From the sequence record OZ195776.1: 64,000 bases of DNA; one strand, 5' to 3'. Within the stretch, counting starts at the first letter, position 1. The number at the start of each line of letters is the position of its first letter. The notes beneath the pieces were generated by a model that saw only the letters and a program-made list of their open reading frames with translations, did not search any database and was not told the origin of the DNA. The translations under genes and the position numbers were made by a program. Below are positions 36,501 to 43,726 of this stretch, piece after piece.

Positions 36501-36815
36501 TTGTGGGTTGATGGTATCAAGACGGTCAATGGTAGTGCGTTCAATCCACTAGATGGATTTATGCATCACGTTCGATTGGTCAACAAAAGCAGTTCAGATT
36601 TGTTGATAGAAACTATTGGCTGTCGATACAACTTCGTTGAGCTCAATACAATGTCGATGTGGGGCATGAAAGGTACATTTGATGGATCACCTCGTAGTTG
36701 GGAAATGAATGATGGACCAGATGCAACATTCTTTCAAGATCGTTACAACAAGACGAATATCACGCTCGTGAATCCAACAAATAAAAACTGGTATCGAACA
36801 GAAGTTCTAGTATAA
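33558..36815 (+). CDS. 35: Long tail fibre hinge/connector gp35-like with extra adhesin-type domains
   Basis: Follows gene 34; ILEI-like region (THDFDM...LVAIVS...FGAIEW...YAAI). Confidence 0.65.
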   Translation: MPNRLKREGDYLLIFRHDSSGGAVFGSDAEARSTGTPDSDKFSALNALEHFRRPDGNFQFKLIYPEHTDLFNIWKQQNNFAAFDVGNYIRNGTFAGGLGVVEHNYTTGSWSTIEKENPGSSTYVLEHQPGAAQQYRMDIPQSRLKPNTTYTLTAWVGFEDTADRNKGIFHARWYDGSSNPIASSSLESGDVYLANGNSYVMDGITWERRYYRFTTPSSLADTTMFWYLGYSSASGGSLAGKRYFTNIQVLDKPLIYNYMGDYTATAGGVVGYEAIDINATGNNWGGLEYATRSETLADGSVGVSDWWFSIGCQSLYATDDYPGPNSNKVQVVELWVYAPLGAAVKQGELYASHFSESSSNQNVIYVNGVATDHIGGNQQRRGLPICYLNDNSMITGSATTRSDGKMFIIRWDSNLTHLTTHDFDMTTSTGRTNFAQELTNIAGNQELVAIVSAGNVISDANVDSTMVGFGAIEWKGTDFYSKYDYGYAAIVRADMGFVSERSQFNHPLEEESHTNCVFNTIDDLGDVGFGLPLLEDINTDGTSADIDITDVMEDQYVLLTCLGKRSYADAAAGTSRWCTIYWKNGSTVISQNAIRIESTTLTKYQLYAKRPAGVDGMHIWSSGCSEGFRSIYEATYEIPATDRIATSRNGISCNHISITPLSGTPWEPDSWYRMTTSNSNLLAGLPISQDEPTSVYWGDKTLTSNNEKCYVDKTNDAGSTTAIIPFPGKGVPYHVSWWVNYKQTPTAKNLFFQLRGRDSGGSYVNTIVDAVNGATGSTYPRLQYVDGTQLSENLDKWILLSGWILPNTWSQTQCRSFAAQRSYFFGTVDNIGDFDGFSNGIGIHNSTSETTYSGFFQVPDDVTEIQLRLDDRDNAGGTTEYCTALPCISQVKVAAADIDRAYVEEMQEFWEWRYRNHDNEDTGTYGTLGLTMKPNDEIEFYIRGDGNPDASRWQYLIDGNSPRCHVALTTTDSWSLSSQWDLWVDGIKTVNGSAFNPLDGFMHHVRLVNKSSSDLLIETIGCRYNFVELNTMSMWGMKGTFDGSPRSWEMNDGPDATFFQDRYNKTNITLVNPTNKNWYRTEVLV

Positions 36816-36819
36816 CATT

Positions 36820-36843
36820 AAGCCCGCTCTTGCGGGCTTTTTT
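36820..36843 (+). terminator. Intrinsic terminator
   Basis: AAGCCCGC/GCGGGCTT plus TTTTT. Confidence 0.85.
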
Positions 36844-36847
36844 GTAT

Positions 36848-36940
36848 CTAAAATAACGCCGGAATAACTCCAACAGCGATTATTCCAAGTATAACAATTA
36901 CAATAATCAGTTCAATAAGTGTAAAACCTTTCTGGTTCAT
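36848..36940 (-). CDS. 30-aa micro-prepilin (type IV pilin alpha1-N only; not in track)
   Basis: MNQKG/FTLIELIIVIVILGIIAVGVIPALF with G-1, F1, E5, G14, P22; AGGAG RBS 7 nt upstream. Confidence 0.8.
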   Translation of the reverse strand: MNQKGFTLIELIIVIVILGIIAVGVIPALF

Positions 36941-37056
36941 ATAGCGCTCCTAATGCGTTCTAAAGGGTTCAAGTCGAAACTTGATTGATTTATCAGGTAC
37001 ACGTCTATAACACCAGTAGAACGGATTCTAGACGGATTAACAAACACGTTACTCGC

Positions 37057-37330
37057 ATTTCAAATCAAAATCAACCACGAACTTGGATTAAGCGCTTGCG
37101 CTAAAATCCTCCAGCTTCTTATAGTAGTTATTGTATTAGGGGTTTTTAAAAGGCTTTTAATAATTTTATAATTTATATAAGGGATGGTTTATAATCGCTA
37201 GTAAATCGATTTCAAATCAAAATCAACCACGAACTGGCGCTAAAATCCTCCAGCTTCTTATAGTAGTTATTGTATTAGGGCTTTTTAAGAGTTTTAAAAG
37301 GTCTTATAAGATTTTATAGGGTTTGTCAAC
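37057..37330. repeat. Long direct repeat with AT-rich tails (origin-like)
   Basis: 27-nt block at 37057 and 37209; 44-nt block at 37098 and 37237. Confidence 0.85.
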
Positions 37331-37405
37331 AGTTAAAGGTTATCTGGGTGCGAATTGCTGGGACAATGTAGGCCTCTGTTGATAAATACAAAGGTAATTT
37401 TTGAA

Positions 37406-37642
37406 ATGATTACTATTTACGTAATCCAAGGATGTGATAGCTGCAGACATGCTATTGCACTTGCTGAATTCAAAAAGGTTGAACACGAAGTATTGACTTT
37501 GGCGTCTGACTCCGACGTAGACCAATTGAGAACACGACACGATTTCAAAGGTCAGGTCCACGTTCCTCTAGTGTTTAACGAAAAAGAATACATCGGCCAT
37601 ATTCCCGAGTTCAAGCGTTGGGTAGACGCTCGATATAAATAA
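37406..37642 (+). CDS. Glutaredoxin
   Basis: CDSC, VHVPLVFNEKEYIG; GATAAATA upstream at 37381. Confidence 0.8.
   Translation: MITIYVIQGCDSCRHAIALAEFKKVEHEVLTLASDSDVDQLRTRHDFKGQVHVPLVFNEKEYIGHIPEFKRWVDARYK
37634..37641 (+). promoter_or_regulatory. Late promoter TATAAATA
   Basis: Exact consensus before the capsid vertex-like gene. Confidence 0.8.
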
Positions 37643-37693
37643 GGTCATCAAACAAAACCGCAGTATTTCGCGGGTAAGACAAAAGGAACAAAA

Positions 37694-38614
37694 ATGTCTA
37701 TTTCAACGGTAAATGCATTACCGGACATCGTATCCGTACAGAAGCGAGTGTATCCACTTATTCTAACTGCGGTGGTGTCTGAGCAACCAACATCACAACC
37801 ACTTGCAACAGCATTTGGTCTAACAAGAACCGCCGATACCGATGATGGTAGTGGTTGGTCTTCATTCAATTTCCGTTTTGATCGCTGGTATACGCAGGTC
37901 GAATCAACAAAGCTGAAATCTGAAATCTCAACTGAATTGCTGCAAGATATGCGTGCAATGGGTCTTGATGAATCAGTAATCGAAGAAAACCTTGCTGACG
38001 AAATTGCCGACGAAGTGAATAAGAAAATTCTACGTTCACTAGACTTGATTTCAGATTCTGGTACTGGCATTACAATTTCAGCAGCTTTGGACAAATTCAA
38101 TCAAGGTCGTAATCTGTACACCGAAGTACATGCTCGAGTGGCTCAATTAGAACGAGATACTGGTTGTACAGGTACGTACGTAGTTGCTGGTGGCGAGGCG
38201 TTTGATTTGCTTTCTGGGTCATCTTTGGCTAAGAAAGAAGAAGGTACTAATCACTGGAGAATGAAATCTGGTTTGATTTTGGTACACGACAAATACTCAG
38301 CTATCAATTACATCAACGTTGGTGTTAAGAAAGTATATAACGATTTCGAAATCTCAAGTCTTGTATTTTCAACATATGATTACATGGGTGCGACTAGCGC
38401 AGGTGTTCAAGCTCCATTGGCGTACAACGTAATTGGTCAAGATCCTAACTCGTTACATCCAATCTACGGTGTTATTGCTCGTTATGCAATTACTGCAGCT
38501 CCTATTGATGCACCAGCTGGTGGTCAAGGCGTGCAGGAAATCGACTGGACTGCTTTCGATGCAACGAAATTCCAATCAAAACTATCAGTTAAATCGACGG
38601 TAACGATAGCTTAA
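37694..38614 (+). CDS. 24: Capsid vertex protein gp24-like (short gp23 paralog)
   Basis: gp23/24-like segments VSEQPTSQP, EIADEVNKKILRSL, GTYVVAG, P.YGVIARYAI; late promoter. Confidence 0.7.
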   Translation: MSISTVNALPDIVSVQKRVYPLILTAVVSEQPTSQPLATAFGLTRTADTDDGSGWSSFNFRFDRWYTQVESTKLKSEISTELLQDMRAMGLDESVIEENLADEIADEVNKKILRSLDLISDSGTGITISAALDKFNQGRNLYTEVHARVAQLERDTGCTGTYVVAGGEAFDLLSGSSLAKKEEGTNHWRMKSGLILVHDKYSAINYINVGVKKVYNDFEISSLVFSTYDYMGATSAGVQAPLAYNVIGQDPNSLHPIYGVIARYAITAAPIDAPAGGQGVQEIDWTAFDATKFQSKLSVKSTVTIA

Positions 38615-38656
38615 TTCTATTGGGGAGCAGATTGCTCCCCTAATCACAGGTGGCAC

Positions 38657-39163
38657 ATGAGCAATAATCATTATGTAGATAATAAAGCACTCTTCGCAAG
38701 CATGAAAGAGTGGAAAGAAGAGTTAAAGACCAACCCAGAAGCGATCCTCCCTGATCCGATTGCCGAAGGTATTATTAAAATTGCGCAAAATCTTTCTCGT
38801 AGATATAACTTCTCTGGGTATACTGCAACGTGGAAAGAAGAGATGATAGGCGACTCAATCGAGCACTGTCTTCGATACGTAAAAAACTTTAACGTTGATA
38901 AATATGATAACGTGCACGCGTACATCACGCGTATTTGTTTCAATGCATTCGTTCAACGAATCAAGAAAGAACGCAAAGAAACAGCAGTTAAATACAAGGT
39001 GTTCCTCCAGGATGCAATGGACCATGTTGAAGAAGGTGAATTAGATTTCGAATTCTGTCAGCAAATGCTTGAGCGCGTAAACGATTACGAAGCAAGTAAA
39101 AACTCCAACAAACAACCGCCTGTGAAAAAGGAACCACAATTCTTAGAGAAATTCTACAAATAA
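38657..39163 (+). CDS. 55: Late-transcription sigma factor gp55
   Basis: HYVDNK, NFSGYT..WKEEMIGD, AYITRICFNAFVQRIKKE. Confidence 0.95.
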   Translation: MSNNHYVDNKALFASMKEWKEELKTNPEAILPDPIAEGIIKIAQNLSRRYNFSGYTATWKEEMIGDSIEHCLRYVKNFNVDKYDNVHAYITRICFNAFVQRIKKERKETAVKYKVFLQDAMDHVEEGELDFEFCQQMLERVNDYEASKNSNKQPPVKKEPQFLEKFYK

Positions 39164-39172
39164 GGACAGAAT

Positions 39173-40594
39173 ATGTTTGCTAAATTTGATGCATTCCTAT
39201 CGGAAAATCAACGAGCAACGGCAACTGGCAAATTGTACAGTAAATTCGGGCAGGTTGTAATCATGCTGGGCGAAGCTAAGACTTCGTTCAGCAAACGTTA
39301 TGCAGATCGTGTAACCCTAAAGCAACTTTACAAGATGGGTGAATTGCAAGAGACTTTCCATTCTCGTATTAAAGCGGAAATTGGCAAGCCTGCTCGCTAC
39401 TTCGATCTATCTTTGACCGAAAACATTGGTACAGCCAACTTGCTGATGCAAGATGTGTACGAATCATTACCAATTAATGACGTATCACTACACAAATCAC
39501 AACTACTTGCTGTTGAATCACGTCTACCGACTATGGTTTTCGACGCAACTAAAGACGACATCAATTGGATTGTTGAAAATGCTGTGAAACTTGGTTACAA
39601 AAGCGAAAACGTACACGTAGTTATCAACGAATCTACAATGGATGTTGAGCTTGCTGAATCAGAGCGCATTATCCCAGACCGTATTTCATTCGGTGGCGTT
39701 ACAAGTAAAGAATTGCTAGAGTCAATCAGCGATATCGAGCTTGGCGACGTTTACGTAGCGTTCCAAGAAGCTAAATGCCCAGTTCAACTGGAAGAAGTGT
39801 CTGAAATCCAAATCAAACACCGCAAAACAGCTATGAAAGTAAGTGAAATGAACCGTCATGTTCTAAATCACGTAATTGCTAAACCATCTGCAGATAGCGA
39901 CTTTGGTATCAATAAAGTAGACGGTCCAGTAGTTGAAGGCTTCAAAGCGTATGAGTTCCACCTACCTGGGGAGCGTCATGTATTTGAAAGCAGCGTATTT
40001 GCTACTCCGACAATCGTTCCGATGACGGAATCTGGTTGGAATAAACTAGCTGATACAAAACTTGCTTACTTTAGCAATGGCTGGAAAATGCAACAAAACA
40101 ACCGCCGTATCGTGTTCACGGAAGCTAAAGACGCTCTGCGCTCTGGCAAACGTTGTACAGAATACGTGTTTGAGTTGAAAGAGCCTGGTTACCCACTGTT
40201 GGACGTTCTAACAATGTGTGAAGGTCGTTTCAGTATTGATGCAATTGCTCGCTCAATTCCAGCAATGAATGGTCGTACAACTCCAGACTTCCAAACTGCT
40301 ACTGCATTCGTTACAGAAGTAGAATCAAACCGCGTTTATCATCCTGGTCAAGCACATAACTTGCGTCCAGCCACCCAGATGAACTCGCTAAACGATTTGG
40401 TACGTGCTATTTCGAACAAGCAATTCAACGAATTCGTGGTTGAACATATCGACACGGATACAATGCTAAGTGAAAACTCAATTGATTCATTAGTAGAACA
40501 CATCGTTTCTAATGGCGTTGAGATGAGCCAATCTGGCAACGAAATTACATTTGACATTACGGATGTTAAATACAAAATCAAACACACAGTTTAA
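39173..40594 (+). CDS. Hypothetical protein, possibly a degenerate P-loop fold; capsid-targeting-like N-terminus
   Basis: KFGQVVIMLG without GxGKS; TACAAATA at 39155. Confidence 0.5.
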   Translation: MFAKFDAFLSENQRATATGKLYSKFGQVVIMLGEAKTSFSKRYADRVTLKQLYKMGELQETFHSRIKAEIGKPARYFDLSLTENIGTANLLMQDVYESLPINDVSLHKSQLLAVESRLPTMVFDATKDDINWIVENAVKLGYKSENVHVVINESTMDVELAESERIIPDRISFGGVTSKELLESISDIELGDVYVAFQEAKCPVQLEEVSEIQIKHRKTAMKVSEMNRHVLNHVIAKPSADSDFGINKVDGPVVEGFKAYEFHLPGERHVFESSVFATPTIVPMTESGWNKLADTKLAYFSNGWKMQQNNRRIVFTEAKDALRSGKRCTEYVFELKEPGYPLLDVLTMCEGRFSIDAIARSIPAMNGRTTPDFQTATAFVTEVESNRVYHPGQAHNLRPATQMNSLNDLVRAISNKQFNEFVVEHIDTDTMLSENSIDSLVEHIVSNGVEMSQSGNEITFDITDVKYKIKHTV

Positions 40595-40606
40595 GGACTA
40601 TTTTGA

Positions 40607-41254
40607 ATGAAATCATTAACTGATTATCTTGAAGAAGCACAAGTATTCTCATCTGCAGCGACTTCAATTAAAGGTAAAGAAGTAGCAGCACTTGTCAAGC
40701 TGTACAATTCTGGTATGTTCCGCGAAGGCGGTACTGCACTTGATGCAGGTGCTGGTAAGTACGGTCGTAACGCTGAATGGCTACGCAAGCAAGGTATTCG
40801 CACTTACGCATATGATCCTTTCAACGGCACTACTGCTGATGGTTGGGAAGCTGTTTCGACTGTTATGCCAAACGAAAAGTTTGATACAGGTTTCACATCT
40901 TACGTACTAAACGTTGTACCAGAAGAAGTTGAAGCACAAATCATCCGTGACGTTGAAGGTCGTGTAAATGGCACAGTATTCCACATCACTCGTGGTACTG
41001 ACGTAACAGACATGATTTGGCGTACAATCCAGCCTGGCGGCAAGCGTAACAAGTACATCATGGAATTCATCGAAGCTAACTACCCTGAGTACATGGCTAA
41101 GATCGATGCTGGTGATGTAACTAAAGAAGACGCAACAGCTCTTGCGAAACTTGGAGTTGCATCCGCAAAAGATAGCTTCCAACGTTATCCTGATCTATCG
41201 AAGTACGGCTACAAACGTAGCGGTTCTGGCGCGTCAATCGTCTGGACGAAGTAA
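40607..41254 (+). CDS. Class I SAM-dependent methyltransferase-like protein
   Basis: ALDAGAGKYG motif I, YAYDPF, FTSYVLNVV. Confidence 0.7.
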   Translation: MKSLTDYLEEAQVFSSAATSIKGKEVAALVKLYNSGMFREGGTALDAGAGKYGRNAEWLRKQGIRTYAYDPFNGTTADGWEAVSTVMPNEKFDTGFTSYVLNVVPEEVEAQIIRDVEGRVNGTVFHITRGTDVTDMIWRTIQPGGKRNKYIMEFIEANYPEYMAKIDAGDVTKEDATALAKLGVASAKDSFQRYPDLSKYGYKRSGSGASIVWTK

Positions 41255-41267
41255 TTCGAAACACTTT

Positions 41268-41294
41268 AAAAGCCCGCATTTAGCGGGCTTTTTT
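41268..41294 (+). terminator. Intrinsic terminator
   Basis: AAAAGCCCGC/GCGGGCTTTT. Confidence 0.85.
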
Positions 41295-41373
41295 GTGCCT
41301 CAAAGAAAATCGTTGCCAATCAGTTTTATTCGTGTACGGTGTGCTGTGTAATCAAATTAACCGGAGAAATCGC

Positions 41374-41586
41374 ATGCTATTAGCGACTTGTATCAACAAC
41401 ACTTCATTTCGTATCGACAAGCCAGAGCCACCAACTGGTCTTACTCACGGCAAAACGTACGAGGTTGCTATCTACAACCAAAACGCAGATAACAACCAAC
41501 GCCCTCCAATGGTTCGTTTCCGTAACGATAACGGTCAAATGGCGTCTTATACTGCTGACCGATTTAAAATCGAATTTGTTGGATAA
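41374..41586 (+). CDS. Hypothetical protein
   Basis: GGAG RBS; TTGCCA-N16-TACGGT upstream at 41313. Confidence 0.55.
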   Translation: MLLATCINNTSFRIDKPEPPTGLTHGKTYEVAIYNQNADNNQRPPMVRFRNDNGQMASYTADRFKIEFVG

Positions 41587-41590
41587 AGTT

Positions 41591-41644
41591 GTTGCCTTAA
41601 AATTGTTATCCTGTAATATGGGTCTTGTTGGCACGGGGCCGACC
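41591..41644 (+). promoter_or_regulatory. Early promoter plus class B leader hairpin
   Basis: TTGCCT-N16-TAATAT then GGGTCTT GTTGGC-ACGGG-GCCGAC. Confidence 0.8.
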
Positions 41645-41662
41645 TACTAAAAGGAAAACAAG

Positions 41663-41944
41663 ATGGCAATTATCTACCTTAACGACAACATGGTTCTTCG
41701 TCTTGCAGAGCGTGACATCGTTCAAGTAAACACGGAAGATGGTCCTGGTTTTTACCCAATCACCAATCTTCTGCTTGATCTTGACGATGGTAGTGTTTTC
41801 ATCTCTGATAATTCTTGGACTCATAACTGGATCGAGACAGAAGATGATAGCATCTTCGAAACACCGCGCGCTTACGGTGAACGTATGATCGCTGCTATTA
41901 AAAAGCGTGGTTGGGTTGATCTAAGCAAATGGGAGATGATCTAA
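41663..41944 (+). CDS. Hypothetical early protein
   Basis: AAGGA RBS. Confidence 0.6.
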   Translation: MAIIYLNDNMVLRLAERDIVQVNTEDGPGFYPITNLLLDLDDGSVFISDNSWTHNWIETEDDSIFETPRAYGERMIAAIKKRGWVDLSKWEMI

Positions 41945-41945
41945 C

Positions 41946-42221
41946 ATGAAGGTAGAACTGCAGGATATTGAAATCTTTGGTACAGCTATCGTGGCGGATG
42001 ACCGCCACATTAGCGATTGGGTAGAAGACTTTTTGGATGACGATGAAAACATCCAACGCGTTAAAGAAGCGAAAGTAGTTGAGTTCGAACTTGATTGTTC
42101 TTCTATTTGGGAAGACGGTGACGAAGAGCTTGACATTTGTGTCTTCTGGCCTGAAACTGGCAAAGAAATCATCTTTAATTCACCAGAGCAATTCCAGCAC
42201 TGGGTTCGTGAAAATCTTTAG
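41946..42221 (+). CDS. Hypothetical acidic protein
   Basis: In-operon ORF. Confidence 0.6.
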   Translation: MKVELQDIEIFGTAIVADDRHISDWVEDFLDDDENIQRVKEAKVVEFELDCSSIWEDGDEELDICVFWPETGKEIIFNSPEQFQHWVRENL

Positions 42222-42231
42222 GAGTAATAAA

Positions 42232-42726
42232 ATGAAAACTGTATACGTTGATATCACTGACATCATGACTAACGATGCTGTTGGTTATGCACAATTTGTA
42301 GGTGCACCAAAAGAACTAATCCCAGAAGATAAGCGAGAAGCAATTCACAACAAGTTGGTTGAAAACAACTTCTTCGCTATCCTACCAGGTACGTTCATTG
42401 TCGATTATATCGCTCGTTTTCCATCGGTCGCCAAATACACCAAATTCATCCTTTCACCTGATGAGAGAGTGGCTGAGCAGCAAATTGAATGGGTTTCTCG
42501 TGTGATGTTAAACGCCGACAAGCAGCCAATCGACATCGAAGTTGTAACTTTGAAAGATGTGCCACATGAGCCAAATGTCCTAATGATTTCTGCTTCTTAC
42601 CCTGACTTGATTCGTCATGGTGGTATGGGCGGTGAAATTCTTCACTTTAAAGGGTTATCTCAACTTGAATTTGTATTAGGATGTATTTCTAAAGCACGCG
42701 ACGTTCCACTCTCAATAGTGAAATAA
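42232..42726 (+). CDS. HAD-fold-like protein lacking a full catalytic motif
   Basis: TVYVDITDIM, VLMISAS, GGEILHF; AGGAG RBS. Confidence 0.45.
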   Translation: MKTVYVDITDIMTNDAVGYAQFVGAPKELIPEDKREAIHNKLVENNFFAILPGTFIVDYIARFPSVAKYTKFILSPDERVAEQQIEWVSRVMLNADKQPIDIEVVTLKDVPHEPNVLMISASYPDLIRHGGMGGEILHFKGLSQLEFVLGCISKARDVPLSIVK

Positions 42727-42828
42727 TGGATCAAAGCCAGAAACAATTTTTACAACGCATGAACGACATGCAAAGATTGCGTCGACTGGCGCAATCTCTT
42801 CGTGAACAACCGACCAAAAGGGTACAAA

Positions 42829-43236
42829 ATGAAAGAACAAACCAACGCTGAACTACTTGACTCGCTACAAGACAAAACTGTTGCAGAAGCAGTTGAAATC
42901 ATCGAAGACGCGGACATTCGCAACGTAGAAGATGACGAGCAAGTTGAAGAGTACGCTCAGCAAATGCAAGCAGAACGCGCTGCTATGGTCGAAAAGCAAA
43001 CCAATCGCTACATGCGTAAAAATGCACGCGAAATCAAACGTCTTCGTGCACACGCCGAAAAGTGTCTTCTTGATGAAAACAAAGAAGGTTACATCTACGC
43101 AGTTGGTAAGCTACGCAAAATCATCGGCAAAGAAGTATCTCGTGATGTTCTTGAAACGATGTACGAAACTTCGCTTGAAGAAGTAGTCAAAATCATTCAA
43201 AACTTCCAAGAAGCGAAATCACAACAGGAGCAGTAA
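42829..43236 (+). CDS. T4 a-gt.4-like conserved hypothetical protein
   Basis: RYMRKNAREIKRLRAHAE, YIYAVGKLRKI; position upstream of gene 47. Confidence 0.65.
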   Translation: MKEQTNAELLDSLQDKTVAEAVEIIEDADIRNVEDDEQVEEYAQQMQAERAAMVEKQTNRYMRKNAREIKRLRAHAEKCLLDENKEGYIYAVGKLRKIIGKEVSRDVLETMYETSLEEVVKIIQNFQEAKSQQEQ

Positions 43237-43712
43237 TGCGAACGTTTAACTTCACAAAGCCTGTAGTTTACGTGGACATGGATAATGTCCTCGTGAATTT
43301 CCAAAGTGGTATTGATCGATTACCGTGGGATGATGCATGTGAATACGAAGGTCGCTACGACGAACATCCACTCATCTTTGCGTTAATGGATCCGATGCCA
43401 AACGCAGTTGCTGGATTTTGGATGTTGTGCGAGCACTTCGATGTGTATATCCTATCCACTGCACCGTGGGATAATCCAAATGCATGGCAACAGAAACGTG
43501 AATGGGTGGAGAACCATCTTGGTTCTGCAGCTCATAAACGTCTAATCTTGTCGCACAACAAGCATTTGAACGTTGGTCATTATCTGATCGATGATCGCAC
43601 AAAGAACGGTGCTGGTAAATTCACCGGCGAACTGATTCAATTCGGTAATGAGCAATTTCCAGATTGGAAATCTGTCATCAAATACCTAGTTGATGGTAAA
43701 AAATACGAATAA
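43236..43712 (+). CDS. 5'(3')-deoxyribonucleotidase (HAD)
   Basis: YVDMDNVL, YILST.PW, KREWV, LIDDR. Confidence 0.88.
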   Translation: MRTFNFTKPVVYVDMDNVLVNFQSGIDRLPWDDACEYEGRYDEHPLIFALMDPMPNAVAGFWMLCEHFDVYILSTAPWDNPNAWQQKREWVENHLGSAAHKRLILSHNKHLNVGHYLIDDRTKNGAGKFTGELIQFGNEQFPDWKSVIKYLVDGKKYE

Positions 43713-43726
43713 ATGAAGGATTTGTC

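Noticed and set aside
36987-36994. GATAAATC (minus) as a late promoter for the micro-pilin
   Set aside because: Two mismatches in an AT-rich region; could be chance
37005-37058. 17-codon ORF upstream of the micro-pilin
   Set aside because: No RBS, no motif, begins at the edge of the repeat
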